Source: Nemertoderma westbladi (taxonomy: Eukaryota; Animalia; Xenacoelomorpha). From it: a DNA stretch of 34,356 nt. Where the stretch lies: contig JAUCBJ010004198.1 in assembly GCA_032718475.1 (NCBI GenBank), forward strand, positions 1-34,356, read 5' to 3'. The notes under the pieces were generated by a model. The model saw nothing but the letters and a program-made list of their open reading frames with translations, was not told the origin of the DNA and did no database searches. Below, one piece after another: positions 33,680 through 34,356 of the stretch (its first letter is position 1; every line of letters begins with the position of its first letter). A program made the translations under genes and the position numbers.

Positions 33680-34356
33680 TTAGACATTGTATTTATTTTT
33701 ACACCTTGAAGTGGTGCAGGTGCATATTGTAGTACATGGTAGAGCGGCTATAGAGCAGCCGCATCGATTGGCAGAACAGGCACTTTCGGACTTGCAATTA
33801 CAAGATATAGTTTTAAGGATCGAAATTGGGGCAATGGATGAGACGCCAGGATCCGGTATCAGTTTGTCATTGATCGCTATCCATCGGTCATTGATAGTTC
33901 CACCTTGGTGTAGTGGTTGCATTGAATTCACATCTCCTGTAGGTCGTGGGTTCGATCCTCAAATGGGCCAGGGCAGCTTTCGTTTCGGCACGAATGCTTT
34001 AAAGGGACCAGCCAGGGCGCATCTCTGCTTTGCATCCTTAAATGGTAGCTAAATGAGTACTGGAGTTTCCTCTGTGGAGTAAAGTTCTGGGGGACCGCAC
34101 TGGAAATAAGTTGTCAGACTTTGTGCGTAATCCCTGGCCTAGCGGCCGAAGAAAATTTACGTTTTACTTTACTTTTTATGTCTACTTTACTTTTTATCCA
34201 ACCAAACTTGTTAACAGCCAACAGTGGAGGTGCAGGATCATCAGCAGCTCTCCACAAAAGAACTTGAAAACGAGCCCATTTTACATGTTGTACAGCGGCA
34301 CTCTGTGTGGGGGGGAAGGTTGAATACTTTAGGGTGTTGCTTCTTTGTAGTGAACC
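33680..34356 (-). pseudogene. C-terminal transposase segment with Cys-rich (Cys8/tesmin-CXC-like) domain, split at 33884-34194
   Basis: 34356-34198 and 33883-33680 join in frame through the duplicated TATCCA (FG-W-IA). Confidence 0.75.
33884..34194 (+). mobile_element. Full-length tRNA-derived SINE with 6-bp TSD (TATCCA at 33878-33883 and 34195-34200)
   Basis: A-box tggtgtagtgg (~33908), B-box ggttcgatcc (~33949), central ctctgctttgcatcc...gctaaatgagtact, an L2/CR1-like 3' end ggaccgcactggaaataagt...actttgtgcgtaatcc, and a (TTTAC)n tail. Confidence 0.85.

Larger units (their letters stand above)
33120..34356 (-). mobile_element. 3' end of a probable Academ-type DNA transposon (runs off the window), interrupted by a SINE
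   Basis: Removing the SINE restores ...FPPTQSAAVQHVKWARFQVLLWRAADDPAPPLLAVNKFGWIAINDKLIP...APISILKTISCNCKSESACSANRCGCSIAALPCTTICTCTTSRCKN*, i.e. the (L)PPT..H..(R)A..Q...W...GW plus Cys8/CXC C-terminus seen in Academ-type transposases. The terminus at 33120 (tagagtaa...) is a guess. Confidence 0.65.

Noticed and set aside
33896-33965. tRNA gene
   Set aside because: A and B boxes are present but no complete cloverleaf; it continues into a SINE body with tail and TSD.

Overview
Eukaryotic (probably invertebrate animal) repeat-dense window with no recognisable host gene and no prokaryotic features. From left to right: (1) an old minus-strand BEL/Pao pol fragment (~0.8-2.1 kb); (2) a 5'-truncated CR1/L2-group LINE (ORF1, PHD-APE-RT ORF2; ~2.1-16.2 kb) whose endonuclease is split by (3) a young BEL/Pao LTR retrotransposon (3935-13718; TG..CA termini, 5-bp TSD TAGTG, deletion of the distal 5' LTR, PBS and gag); (4) a 315-bp tandem array with CTCF-like motifs inside a probable Helentron-type non-autonomous element; (5) a BEL gag relic; (6) an ~11-kb 35/36-bp minisatellite with a 743-bp higher-order repeat; and (7) an AT-rich tail with two tRNA-type SINEs and the C-terminal end of a probable Academ-type transposase. 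The most notable feature is an extra coding region of the BEL/Pao element in the env position (9951-12540). It encodes a WRN/RNase D-like DEDDy 3'-5' exonuclease followed by CCHC zinc knuckles and is broken by four in-frame stops that are all TGA, whereas pol has no premature stop and the LTRs are about 99.5% identical. All protein and family assignments are from motif recognition by eye, without database searches.
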